Assembly: GCA_963664015.2 (NCBI GenBank)
Contig: CAXXLF010000001.1
Coordinates: 352,001-416,000, forward strand
Reading direction: 5' to 3'
From: Candidatus Binatia bacterium
Lineage (GTDB): Bacteria > Desulfobacterota > Binatia > UBA9968 > CAXXLF01
DNA: 64,000 nucleotides
Shown one piece after another: positions 1 to 7,787 of the stretch. The translations under genes and the position numbers were made by a program. Position 1 is the first letter of the stretch. Each line of letters begins with the position of its first letter. Below the pieces are notes generated by a model. That model saw nothing but the letters and a program-made list of their open reading frames with translations, did not search any database and had not been told where the DNA came from.

Positions 1-1876
1 CAAACTGCCCCACCAAATAGGCCGTTTTATTTAATTTCCCGCTCATCTGCTCCTGCCCAGGGAACCACCATAAATTCGAAACAAAAAACACTCGTCCGGG
101 GCCTTGCCATAAGTGCAGGAAGGCTTTGCGGTCGAGAAACAGCCGGCGTGTTTCCGGATAACGTGACCCAAACGCCAGATCGCCCCTGACGCCGTCCAGG
201 ACATAGATTTCCCGTCCCGTGTAAAAAGGCAGGCCTCCGCTATCGATCAGCTGCCCTTCATGAACGACCGGCTCATCCCTTACGCTTGTCGCTTCAAGCG
301 CTGCCGCCAGGGCTTTAGTAGAATGGTGCGGCTCGACGATGAGGAAAAGACGAAAAACTAACACGGAGATCCCGGCCGCGGTCGCGAAGTAGAAGCCGAA
401 GCTGCTCCTGACCTTGCCAAAAACGAGGCACAGGAAAGCCGCCAACGGGCCCAGAAGCAAAAGCCAACCGAGTGAGCCCGCGAGTTGGGCGAAGGGTAGG
501 ACCGGGTACGGAAGGGCGCCGCCACGCGCGTCCAGAGCTCTATAATCGCCCGAGAGCCCGGATAGGAAAACGGCTACCTCGCCGGGAGTCAGATCACTCG
601 CGAGCCAGAGCAACCCCACACCAAGCGCTATGCAGCTCATGGCCCCAAATCCCAGGCACACCTTCAGCCCCCGGTCGGGCGCCCGGGATGCCCACACTTC
701 GGCCCACCTCGCCCCGACCAAAAGGCTGACGGCAGGCAGCGCAGGGAGGGAGTAGTGCTCAAGCTTCGCGGATGAAAGACAAAAAAAGCCCAACACGATG
801 AGCCCCCACAGGCCAATGACAAGGCGTACGCGTGCAGCCGGTGAAGAATCTCCGTTCAAGCGCGGGAACCCCGGCCGCAGCGACACGGGGAGCGCGAGGC
901 TCCAGGGAAACGACCACACCTGAAATGCGAACAAGAACGCCGCCGTCCCGAGCTGGATATCGTCTTCAAGGAAGTTCCGCGAATGAAAGAACCTCAAGAA
1001 CTGGTTGTCCACGAAATAAAACCATAAGAAATCATCGTTTTTCCAGGCTGCTAGAATATGCCAAGGCACTGTCACGAACAACAACAGCAACACACCGAGA
1101 AGCGAATAACGAATGGCGAAAGGAGAATAAGAGCTCACAAAAAGCGAATGCGCAATACTCGATAGTCCCTTCCTGCTGCCTTTTGGCAATTCGCCTTGGC
1201 TAATTGCTGATTCTGTGCCCCCATCAATTTCAGGCACCCTCCTGCCTGCTACGATCAAAAAGATGGCTACAATCATCAATGGAAAAACAAGGCCAATGAT
1301 TCCTTTAGAGAGCACTGCCAGCGCCACCCCAAGGTAGAAGAGCCAATAACGGGTTTGGGGCTTCCCATCATCGAGAAAACCATGTACGAATCCGTATAAC
1401 GATAAAGTCAGTGTGAAGACAAATAGGATATCCGGGAATACCACATCAGCATACCGAAAGAAGCCGACGCTGCTGAAGAGAATCACCCCAGCCAACAGGC
1501 CGGCATTTCGGCTGTAGAGCCGGATTCCCATTCGGTAGATGAGAAGCACCGTCCCCAGGGCCGAGATAGCGCCCCAAAATCTAACCGCCCACTCGGAAGG
1601 GCCGAATTGGGAAATCATAAGCGCTGAGAGCCAGTAGTAGAGCGGCGGCTTCTCAAAATACCGAACTCCGTTGAACCGGGGAGTCACCCAGTCGCCGGAA
1701 TCCGCCATCTCCCGTGCTATGCTGCCGTACATACCCTCGTTAGGGTCGACAAACTCCATTGAGATTCCCCAGAATAGGAATGGGATACTCACCACGCACA
1801 GAATCGTTAGATCCAGCCAGGAAGATGTTCCTTGCTTGTGGCTTGTGACTGGTCGGCTTTCGATCTGGTCGCTCAT
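1..1876 (-). CDS. ArnT/GT83-like GT-C glycosyltransferase (3'-partial, runs off window start)
   Basis: Not in the ORF track. Manual translation from ATG 1876 gives MSDQIESR...FLFWGISMEFVDPNEGMYGSIAREMADSGDWVTPRFNGVRYFEKPPLYYW...LSKGIIGLVFP...VPWH. The segments I translated (901-1320, 1-61) are in the same frame with no stop. Clear paralogue of 2037..3866. Confidence 0.88.
   Translation of the reverse strand, partial: MSDQIESRPVTSHKQGTSSWLDLTILCVVSIPFLFWGISMEFVDPNEGMYGSIAREMADSGDWVTPRFNGVRYFEKPPLYYWLSALMISQFGPSEWAVRFWGAISALGTVLLIYRMGIRLYSRNAGLLAGVILFSSVGFFRYADVVFPDILFVFTLTLSLYGFVHGFLDDGKPQTRYWLFYLGVALAVLSKGIIGLVFPLMIVAIFLIVAGRRVPEIDGGTESAISQGELPKGSRKGLSSIAHSLFVSSYSPFAIRYSLLGVLLLLFVTVPWHILAAWKNDDFLWFYFVDNQFLRFFHSRNFLEDDIQLGTAAFLFAFQVWSFPWSLALPVSLRPGFPRLNGDSSPAARVRLVIGLWGLIVLGFFCLSSAKLEHYSLPALPAVSLLVGARWAEVWASRAPDRGLKVCLGFGAMSCIALGVGLLWLASDLTPGEVAVFLSGLSGDYRALDARGGALPYPVLPFAQLAGSLGWLLLLGPLAAFLCLVFGKVRSSFGFYFATAAGISVLVFRLFLIVEPHHSTKALAAALEATSVRDEPVVHEGQLIDSGGLPFYTGREIYVLDGVRGDLAFGSRYPETRRLFLDRKAFLHLWQGPGRVFFVSNLWWFPGQEQMSGKLNKTAYLVGQF
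1101..1213. repeat. Inverted heptamer arms inside an in-frame insertion of the first ArnT-like gene
   Basis: AGCGAAT AACGAAT GGCGAAA GGAGAAT (1101-1128) and AGCGAAT (1143-1149); degenerate opposite-orientation units TTTTGGC AATTCGC CTTGGCT AATTGCT (1181-1208). Confidence 0.65.
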
Positions 1877-2011
1877 CTCTTTGATCTGAATTCTCGAGTC
1901 TATTGGGATATGTCGTTGAGTTGGCTTAACTAGCGTATTTGGTTTGTCCTGTTGCTGCAGTTTTTCAGGCCTGCTTATCAGCTGCATGCCGGCGGCTAGT
2001 AACAACTCGAT

Positions 2012-2046
2012 TATACCAGTTGACCATCACCATTGACTATTTACCA
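2012..2046. repeat. Degenerate heptamer array overlapping the stop codon of the second ArnT-like gene
   Basis: TATACCA, TTGACCA, TCACCA, TTGACTA, TTTACCA. Confidence 0.6.
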
Positions 2047-3866
2047 CTCACATCATCAAACAGTGGCTTGTTCATGTACAGCCACCGCGACCCGAACTTT
2101 CCCATAGGAATGGACTCGTCCCTCGGTAAATCCTTGGCAATGCTGCCGTCATAGGGATACCGGCTGACGAGGAAAACACGCCGTGGACCGCGCCATTGCT
2201 CAAGGAGACGCTTTCGATCAAGGAAAACCTCGTCCGCCTGCGGTTGACGGGCACCGAACTCGAGGCTGCCGCCCCTCCCGTTGAATACTTCGATCCGCTT
2301 GCCCGTGTAAAAAACCAGCCCGCCGCTGTTCTCCAATAAGCCCTCGTGAATGATCCGGGCATCAGGATTCTCCCGGACCGCAGCGGAACCGGTCACGGGG
2401 ATAACCGATTTATACGGTGCGATCAGAAGATAGTTTTTGAATACTAGAAACCCGATTCCCACAGCTATCCCCAACTGGGCAGCGTACCCGGCGAGCCCAC
2501 TTCCTCTGATAACGAAGACCCACGAAACCAACGGCCCCAGCGCAAGAATCCAGCCAAGCCACCACAAAAGGGAGAGATAAGGACTAAACGCGAAAGGGAA
2601 AGCAAGTCCCTGAGCCGCAAGAGTACGGAAATCGCTGTTTACCGGGGAGAGTAGTGATAAAAGCTCTCCGGAGCTCATCGACCCGCTACGCAAAAAGAAA
2701 CCCCCTAACATTAGACATCCGGCGGCCCCGAGTCCCAAGCTCCACTTCATGAGTCGGTTTCCGGTTAACCACGAGCGTTTTTGCGAGTCCCTAGACCGTA
2801 TGGCCCGAGCCCACCACCCGCCGACCAGCAGGCTCACCGGCGGAAGCGCGGGAAGGGAATAGTGCTCGAGCTTTGAAAACGAGAGCGAAAAAACTCCCAA
2901 CACCACAATGACCCAGACCCCCAGCAATATGGGCAAACTTTCCCGGAGCTTACCTCGGTCTCGAAAAGAAGAAAGCAGGTGTGGTACCACGGCGGGCAGA
3001 GAAAAAGACCACGGGAAGAACCAGATCAGAAACATAGCCAGAAAAGAAAGAGTCCCGAGCGGGACATCTTCCTCGGCAAACCCGCGCTCGTTTAGGAAGC
3101 GCAGCCAATGATTGTTAAAGAGGTAGAACGCAAGTAGATCCGGATTACGCCAGGCGGCTAAGAGATGCCACGGGAGTGCCACCGACAGAAACAGCGGAAC
3201 CCCAAACTTGAGATTCATCGACCCAAGGATCTTCACGCGCCCGGTGGAGATCAAGAACAGGCCGACAATGAGGCAAGGGAAGATGAGGCCGACCAACCCC
3301 TTGGCAAGCACCCCCAAACCCGCCCCAAGGTAAAAGATCCAATAGCCGCTCCGACTCCCTTTCCCGTGAAGTAGCCCGTCGACGAATCCAAACAGAGAGA
3401 GGGTCAGGCAAAACACCAACGGTAGATCGGCACCCGGGAAGTGGGCGTGGTGGTAGATCCCAACACTGGTGACCAAAACGAGCGCAGAAAGCAGTCCCGC
3501 AAGGCGACCGTAAAGCCACTCCCCCATGCGCCAGACCAGCAGGGCGGTTCCGAAAGCCGAAAGCCCGCTCCATATTCGGACGGCCCACTCTTCCGGCCCG
3601 AAGAGTTGAATCATGGAAGCCGAAAGCCAGAAATACAGGGGCGGCTTCTCCAAATATGGTAGGCCGTTAAAATGTGGAATGATCCAGTCCCCCTGCCGGG
3701 CCATTTCCAATGCGATAGAACCCCACATCCCTTCGTCGGGATCGAGAAAACTAAAAGAGCTGATTCCCCAGAACAGAAAGGGGATGCTCACCATAACGAG
3801 GATACATAGGTCGGCCCAGGAAAATCCTTGTAGCCTGTGGCCTATAGCTTGTGAGTTTAAAACCAT
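2037..3866 (-). CDS. ArnT/GT83-like GT-C glycosyltransferase (polyprenyl-phosphate-sugar dependent)
   Basis: DPDEG acidic motif, YLEKPPLYFW, LAKG, LPWH, SKLEHYSLP; many TM segments and a C-terminal periplasmic domain. Confidence 0.9.
   Translation of the reverse strand: MVLNSQAIGHRLQGFSWADLCILVMVSIPFLFWGISSFSFLDPDEGMWGSIALEMARQGDWIIPHFNGLPYLEKPPLYFWLSASMIQLFGPEEWAVRIWSGLSAFGTALLVWRMGEWLYGRLAGLLSALVLVTSVGIYHHAHFPGADLPLVFCLTLSLFGFVDGLLHGKGSRSGYWIFYLGAGLGVLAKGLVGLIFPCLIVGLFLISTGRVKILGSMNLKFGVPLFLSVALPWHLLAAWRNPDLLAFYLFNNHWLRFLNERGFAEEDVPLGTLSFLAMFLIWFFPWSFSLPAVVPHLLSSFRDRGKLRESLPILLGVWVIVVLGVFSLSFSKLEHYSLPALPPVSLLVGGWWARAIRSRDSQKRSWLTGNRLMKWSLGLGAAGCLMLGGFFLRSGSMSSGELLSLLSPVNSDFRTLAAQGLAFPFAFSPYLSLLWWLGWILALGPLVSWVFVIRGSGLAGYAAQLGIAVGIGFLVFKNYLLIAPYKSVIPVTGSAAVRENPDARIIHEGLLENSGGLVFYTGKRIEVFNGRGGSLEFGARQPQADEVFLDRKRLLEQWRGPRRVFLVSRYPYDGSIAKDLPRDESIPMGKFGSRWLYMNKPLFDDVSGK
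3828..3855. repeat. Four heptamer units in the N-terminal codons of the second ArnT-like gene
   Basis: TTGTAGC CTGTGGC CTATAGC TTGTGAG; a similar GCTTGTG GCTTGTG ACTGGTC occurs at about 1834-1854 in the N-terminus of the first paralogue. Confidence 0.55.
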
Positions 3867-3868
3867 CT

Positions 3869-3974
3869 AGAGATCAGAGATCGGAGTTCAGAAGTCAAAG
3901 GGAAGAAGATGTCTCGCGCAAAGAACGCCAAGGTCGGAGAGACTCTGTTCTCTGATCTCCGACCTCTGACTTCT
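3869..3974. repeat. Intergenic foldback made of inverted heptamer arrays
   Basis: Left arm AGAGATC AGAGATC GGAGTTC AGAAGTC AAAG (3869-3900). Right-arm reverse complement AGAAGTC AGAGGTC GGAGATC AGAGAAC AGAG (3943-3974). Loop of about 42 nt. Confidence 0.8.
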
Positions 3975-3982
3975 CCTCCCTT

Positions 3983-5614
3983 CTACCACTCAAACGATCT
4001 GGTATATTCGAATCGCAACAGGTTATCGTGCTCCGCGTCATGTAGAATAAAATCGCGGTTTTTAACCCGCGAATAGTCGTACTCAACAAAGACTGAAGAT
4101 CGATCCGACACACGATACGACATGTCCAACCCCAATGAACCTCGATCTTCTTTGGGTAACCCCGAAGCACCCGAATCTGTTGATCCAATCTCAGCCACGC
4201 TCAATTCCATTCCTAAAAGAAGCTTGGGATTAAACCAACGGGAGATACGCCCGTAGATCTCACTACCATCTGTTCCGATAAAATGAGAGAGCACTGACCC
4301 TCTGTTGGTGAACCCGGAGGTATAGATCCCATGTGTAAACTGAATTTCAGTAGTCTTGGCTACCTCAATCCGTAAATCAAGTTTTGGATCACCAAGTAAT
4401 CCTGAAAAGAGAAGGCCGATTATACCGCCCGGCTTCCTAGGAATAATGGAACCGGAAGGGAATGGTCCAAGCGGGAGTCCAGGATCAGTAGTATCGTCCC
4501 ATCCTAGCTCACCATAGACGCTAAGATCCCTCGCCACCCAAATATATCGTTCGGCATTGGGAAATCGCAGCGTCGCATCCAGTGCCATAACGTTATTAAC
4601 GTTTAAAGGGCTTAAAGGGTCATCACTTCCCTGGCCCAGCATTAGTTGAATGAAATCTCCCGGATCGAGACTGGCTCGTCCTCTACCGCCAAATTGAAAG
4701 ACACGGCTAAAACCAAATTCCATGGAACGAAAAGGGGATAAATTGATTCGCCAGCCACCGACTTTCGCCCCACGAATATCCCGGCTTTTATCCAAATCAG
4801 CTACAAATCCGGTTAAGCTCATTGGCCCCAGGTATTTAAGAAACCAGGGCAGGTGAAACGGCTCAGCAGAACCCACTCGCACCTGGTCCAAAGGAAAACC
4901 GTTGTTTGAAAAGGTCATCGAGCCACGATATCCTGGGCCCCACCAGAGCGTATCTCGCCCCACGAGTATTTCCGTATTCCAAAAGGTTAACTTCCCATAA
5001 CCATTCATCAAGCGCCCGTGGTAGCTATCCCAATTGGCGGTAAATACCGGCTGATAATAGAAAGAAACATGGTCACCAATCTGAACACTCCCCTCTAATG
5101 TCGATCCCGGATTGGCACCGTCACTAACCTCTAAACCGTATCCGTTGATCAAACTCCCCGAGTCACTGGCGAAATGGTTCTTAAACTGCCAGTTTTTAAC
5201 AGGTTTTATATCAAATACACCCGGCAAGGTTTCACTATTGAGGGGAGTTTTGATCCCCATTTCGATTAGCTCCTGCCCAAATTCTCCCACCAATTGGTAG
5301 ACCATCTCCTCGAGATAGAAGCGGTGGTTGTAATCCCCGCTCAGATCCGTCTTGACCCTCTCTACCGCCTGGGCGACTATCCGCGCAGCCGTGACTCTGG
5401 TCATGGGTTTCGTATTCAGCAACACCCGATCCGCTAATCCGGCTAACACAAGCCTCTCCAAACCATCGTAAACCCAACTCCAATTAACCGAGAACCCACC
5501 CCAATTCTTTATTGGAACATTGGTTCGGTCGAACGCGTAAACACGAGCAAATGGCGAATAGCAAATAGCCAATAGAACGAAGACCGTGATACACCACACC
5601 CGAGGACAACGCAT
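3983..5614 (-). CDS. wzi: Capsule assembly Wzi-family outer-membrane beta-barrel
   Basis: Signal peptide, VGRDTLWWGPGYRGSMTFSNN motif, FGFSRVFQFGG, amphipathic strands, C-terminal aromatic residue (RSFEW). ATG 5614 with AGGTGG upstream is preferred over TTG 5623. Confidence 0.8.
   Translation of the reverse strand: MRCPRVWCITVFVLLAICYSPFARVYAFDRTNVPIKNWGGFSVNWSWVYDGLERLVLAGLADRVLLNTKPMTRVTAARIVAQAVERVKTDLSGDYNHRFYLEEMVYQLVGEFGQELIEMGIKTPLNSETLPGVFDIKPVKNWQFKNHFASDSGSLINGYGLEVSDGANPGSTLEGSVQIGDHVSFYYQPVFTANWDSYHGRLMNGYGKLTFWNTEILVGRDTLWWGPGYRGSMTFSNNGFPLDQVRVGSAEPFHLPWFLKYLGPMSLTGFVADLDKSRDIRGAKVGGWRINLSPFRSMEFGFSRVFQFGGRGRASLDPGDFIQLMLGQGSDDPLSPLNVNNVMALDATLRFPNAERYIWVARDLSVYGELGWDDTTDPGLPLGPFPSGSIIPRKPGGIIGLLFSGLLGDPKLDLRIEVAKTTEIQFTHGIYTSGFTNRGSVLSHFIGTDGSEIYGRISRWFNPKLLLGMELSVAEIGSTDSGASGLPKEDRGSLGLDMSYRVSDRSSVFVEYDYSRVKNRDFILHDAEHDNLLRFEYTRSFEW
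5546..5575. repeat. Heptamer array inside the wzi signal-peptide codons
   Basis: AGCAAAT GGCGAAT AGCAAAT AGCCAAT AG; encodes LLAICYSPFA on the minus strand. Confidence 0.75.
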
Positions 5615-5678
5615 TATTATCAAACCACCTGACTTTTGACTGAGGGAAGAGCGGACGAGGGTAGAAGTATTGAAGATT

Positions 5679-6082
5679 CTATCTTTGCGAACTAATTAAG
5701 GAAGAGAGCATTTTACTAATAACCTCTAACTCGCTATCGAGGTTAGATTTTTTGCCACCGGTAGGTAACCCAAACGATAAGCGAGCTCTAGCTGAGTATC
5801 AATTTGGCTAGCTGAGCCTGAGACGAAGTAAAGGAATTGAATAAACTCCTTTTTTGATTTTCTGGCTGCGCCTTTCCCGATATTGCTTGGAATCGAAATT
5901 GCGGCTCGCTTCATCTGTCCAGCGAAACCATACTCTTCGTTCTTCGGAAATGAAGATGCAACCTTGTAGATTTCCTCCACGAGATCCATCGACTGTTTTC
6001 AAACATCTAACCTGTGATGAATTCGGACAGCAAACCCTCCCTTTTCATCCGTAAGCCGCCACTTATTCCAACTCTTTACCAT
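5679..6082 (-). pseudogene. Four-helix-bundle protein (23S rRNA IVS / TIGR02436 / Avd-like family), disrupted
   Basis: Core 5726..5989 reads IYKVASSFPKNEEYGFAGQMKRAAISIPSNIGKG...EFIQFL. Upstream in-frame sequence is ...HRLDV*KQSMDL with TGA (6001-5999) at the conserved Trp. The last helix (ELEVISKMLSSLI*) is in the -1 frame and ends at TAG 5679. Possible in-frame ATG at 6082. Confidence 0.85.
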
Positions 6083-6160
6083 TTGCTATTCACCATTCAC
6101 TATTCGCCATTGACCAATTATCGATCTCGGACCTCTGACCTCTGATCCCTGACCTCTGGC
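6075..6160. repeat. Two adjacent heptamer tandem arrays upstream of the four-helix-bundle gene
   Basis: TTTACCA TTTGCTA TTCACCA TTCACTA TTCGCCA TTGACCA (6075-6116), then TCGATCT CGGACCT CTGACCT CTGATCC CTGACCT CTGGC (6121-6160). Confidence 0.9.
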
Positions 6161-6173
6161 AAATCGCCATTCG

Positions 6174-7685
6174 CTACCGGAACATCCCGCGTAAAAATAT
6201 CTTCCCCATTTCCGGATGCCGGAGGATAAAGTTGATCACATCTCTGTGCCGATCAAAACGGGCTTTTTTGCTCACATTGGCCAATATCCCATCCGACTGG
6301 ACGACGCGGAATAAGTCATCGATGTCATTATCAGAGAGTCGCTCGTATAATCGGCGGAAGAAAGCTCCCCTTCGAACCTCTCCGCCTATTTCCTTTCTCC
6401 ATTCCTTTTCATATTTACCAAGTATTGATGCACTAAAATCGCCCTTCTCAAATGCCTCCGTGGCAATCTTGGCCGCCGCCTTAGCGCTTAGAATACCATA
6501 GTAAATTCCGCCGCCCGTAGTCGGTTTGGTTTGACCCGCCGCATCGCCGACCGCTAACACACGGTCCGAATAGGTCCTCTTAAGAGGCGAGATAGGAATG
6601 ACCCATGAACGAATTGGCAAATCGGTGGAATCCACCAGCCCCTGGGAATACAGTTCCACGATCCGCTTTTTTAAGAAGGAACCCGCAGCCGTCTTGGCGC
6701 TAACCCCAACCCGGGCGAACTCCCTGCATCCTCTTCTGAACGGCGCAATCCACCCGAACGAACCGGGTGCTACCTTTGATCCAAGGAAAATCTTTGCACT
6801 CACCAAGCCTTTTAGAGACACCTCCACCTGAGCTGTCTTGAGGAGCTCCCTCGGCTCTCCCATTCCCAGTTTACGCTGCAGTTTATACCTTGGCCCACCG
6901 GCGAGGATAGCCATCCGGGCACGAATGCGCTCAGGGCGAATAGCCAATGGCAAATGGCGAATAGACCCATCCACCCGCGTGTTATCGGTCAATCGTAAAT
7001 TGTCAATCGTACTACGCCGCGCCCCGTTACGGCCCGCATCACTGTCAATCGTTAATCGTGATTGGTCAATCGATCTGCGACCGCCCGCCTTACTCCGCTT
7101 GCCACAGTCAACAGTCAATGGTAATCCGTCATTGGTTTCCAATGGGTCCCCTGCACCTAAATCCCGAGGATCAATAGTCAATTGTAATTCTTTATTATTA
7201 GGTTGGCTGCGATCAGATATTAAGCCTTTACCTCTCCCGCAATTGCCTTCTTGCCTCTTACCCAATTGGCTATTGATGATCGATCCTGTTCTCGCTACTG
7301 TCGCTTCCACATATCCGTCATGCACATCCAAGTCGAGAACCTTGGTTCCCAAATGAAACCTCACACCGCGACTTGAGGCCCTATCCGCGCAATCCCTGTC
7401 AAACGCACCCCGGTCAATAACGTATGCTAAAGGAATACGCGGCGAGAACTTGAATTCCAAGTTGCCTGGAGAAACAAATCTTAGATCAGAAATTGTGTCA
7501 AGCTTAAGATCATCCGCAACGCGCAGCTCTTCAAATGCCTCGGCTCCAATGATTCCAGAACAGTCAACAGGCTCGCCGACAACTTGATGGTCCTCCAGCA
7601 CATGAACGTCAAAGCCCTTCTGGGCAAGGAGGGAAGCCGTGTGACAACCGGCAGGTCCAGCACCGATAACAATGACGTCAAACAT
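6174..7685 (-). CDS. Geranylgeranyl reductase-family FAD oxidoreductase with a ~115-aa repeat-derived insertion
   Basis: DVIVIGAGPAG FAD motif, PVDCSG, IDRGAFDR, PGSFGWIAP, VGDAAGQTKPTTGGGIYYG. A low-complexity insert lies between VEATV and RIRARMAILAGG. Confidence 0.85.
   Translation of the reverse strand: MFDVIVIGAGPAGCHTASLLAQKGFDVHVLEDHQVVGEPVDCSGIIGAEAFEELRVADDLKLDTISDLRFVSPGNLEFKFSPRIPLAYVIDRGAFDRDCADRASSRGVRFHLGTKVLDLDVHDGYVEATVARTGSIINSQLGKRQEGNCGRGKGLISDRSQPNNKELQLTIDPRDLGAGDPLETNDGLPLTVDCGKRSKAGGRRSIDQSRLTIDSDAGRNGARRSTIDNLRLTDNTRVDGSIRHLPLAIRPERIRARMAILAGGPRYKLQRKLGMGEPRELLKTAQVEVSLKGLVSAKIFLGSKVAPGSFGWIAPFRRGCREFARVGVSAKTAAGSFLKKRIVELYSQGLVDSTDLPIRSWVIPISPLKRTYSDRVLAVGDAAGQTKPTTGGGIYYGILSAKAAAKIATEAFEKGDFSASILGKYEKEWRKEIGGEVRRGAFFRRLYERLSDNDIDDLFRVVQSDGILANVSKKARFDRHRDVINFILRHPEMGKIFLRGMFR
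6935..7285. repeat. In-frame repeat insertion with four 63-bp-periodic heptamer blocks
   Basis: Heptamer blocks start at 6980, 7043, 7106 and 7169 (NGTCAAT-type). Terminal arrays GGCGAAT AGCCAAT GGCAAAT GGCGAAT (6935-6962) and ATTGGCT ATTGATG ATCGATC (7265-7285). Confidence 0.75.
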
Positions 7686-7689
7686 AATT

Positions 7690-7787
7690 AGTGAATCGTA
7701 AATGGCAAATAGCCATTTGATGGGCCGGCGAGCGATAAAAGGTTAATCCGAGCTTATCTATTTGCGTTTAGCGATTCGCCATTTGCC
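7690..7787. repeat. Inverted heptamer arms at the wzz-like/GGR junction
   Basis: AGTGAAT CGTAAAT GGCAAAT AGCCATT (7690-7717) versus ATTTGCG TTTAGCG ATTCGCC ATTTGCC (7760-7787, overlapping the wzz-like stop). Confidence 0.7.

Noticed and set aside
5999-6001. TGA recoding as Trp or Sec (alternative genetic code)
   Set aside because: TGA is used as a normal stop by many genes here (ATGA overlaps), and the same gene also has a frameshift.
5679-6082. Diversity-generating retroelement (Avd-like gene)
   Set aside because: No reverse transcriptase and no TR/VR pair with adenine-specific differences were seen in the window.
6980-7231. CRISPR array (28-nt blocks with ~35-nt spacers, period 63)
   Set aside because: Blocks are too divergent from each other, are built from heptamers, lie in an open reading frame, and no cas genes or leader are present. 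Reported as a repeat insertion instead.
6935-7285. Intein or self-splicing intron in the GGR gene
   Set aside because: No Cys/Ser start with a His-Asn end, no homing endonuclease, and no recognisable group I/II intron boundaries.
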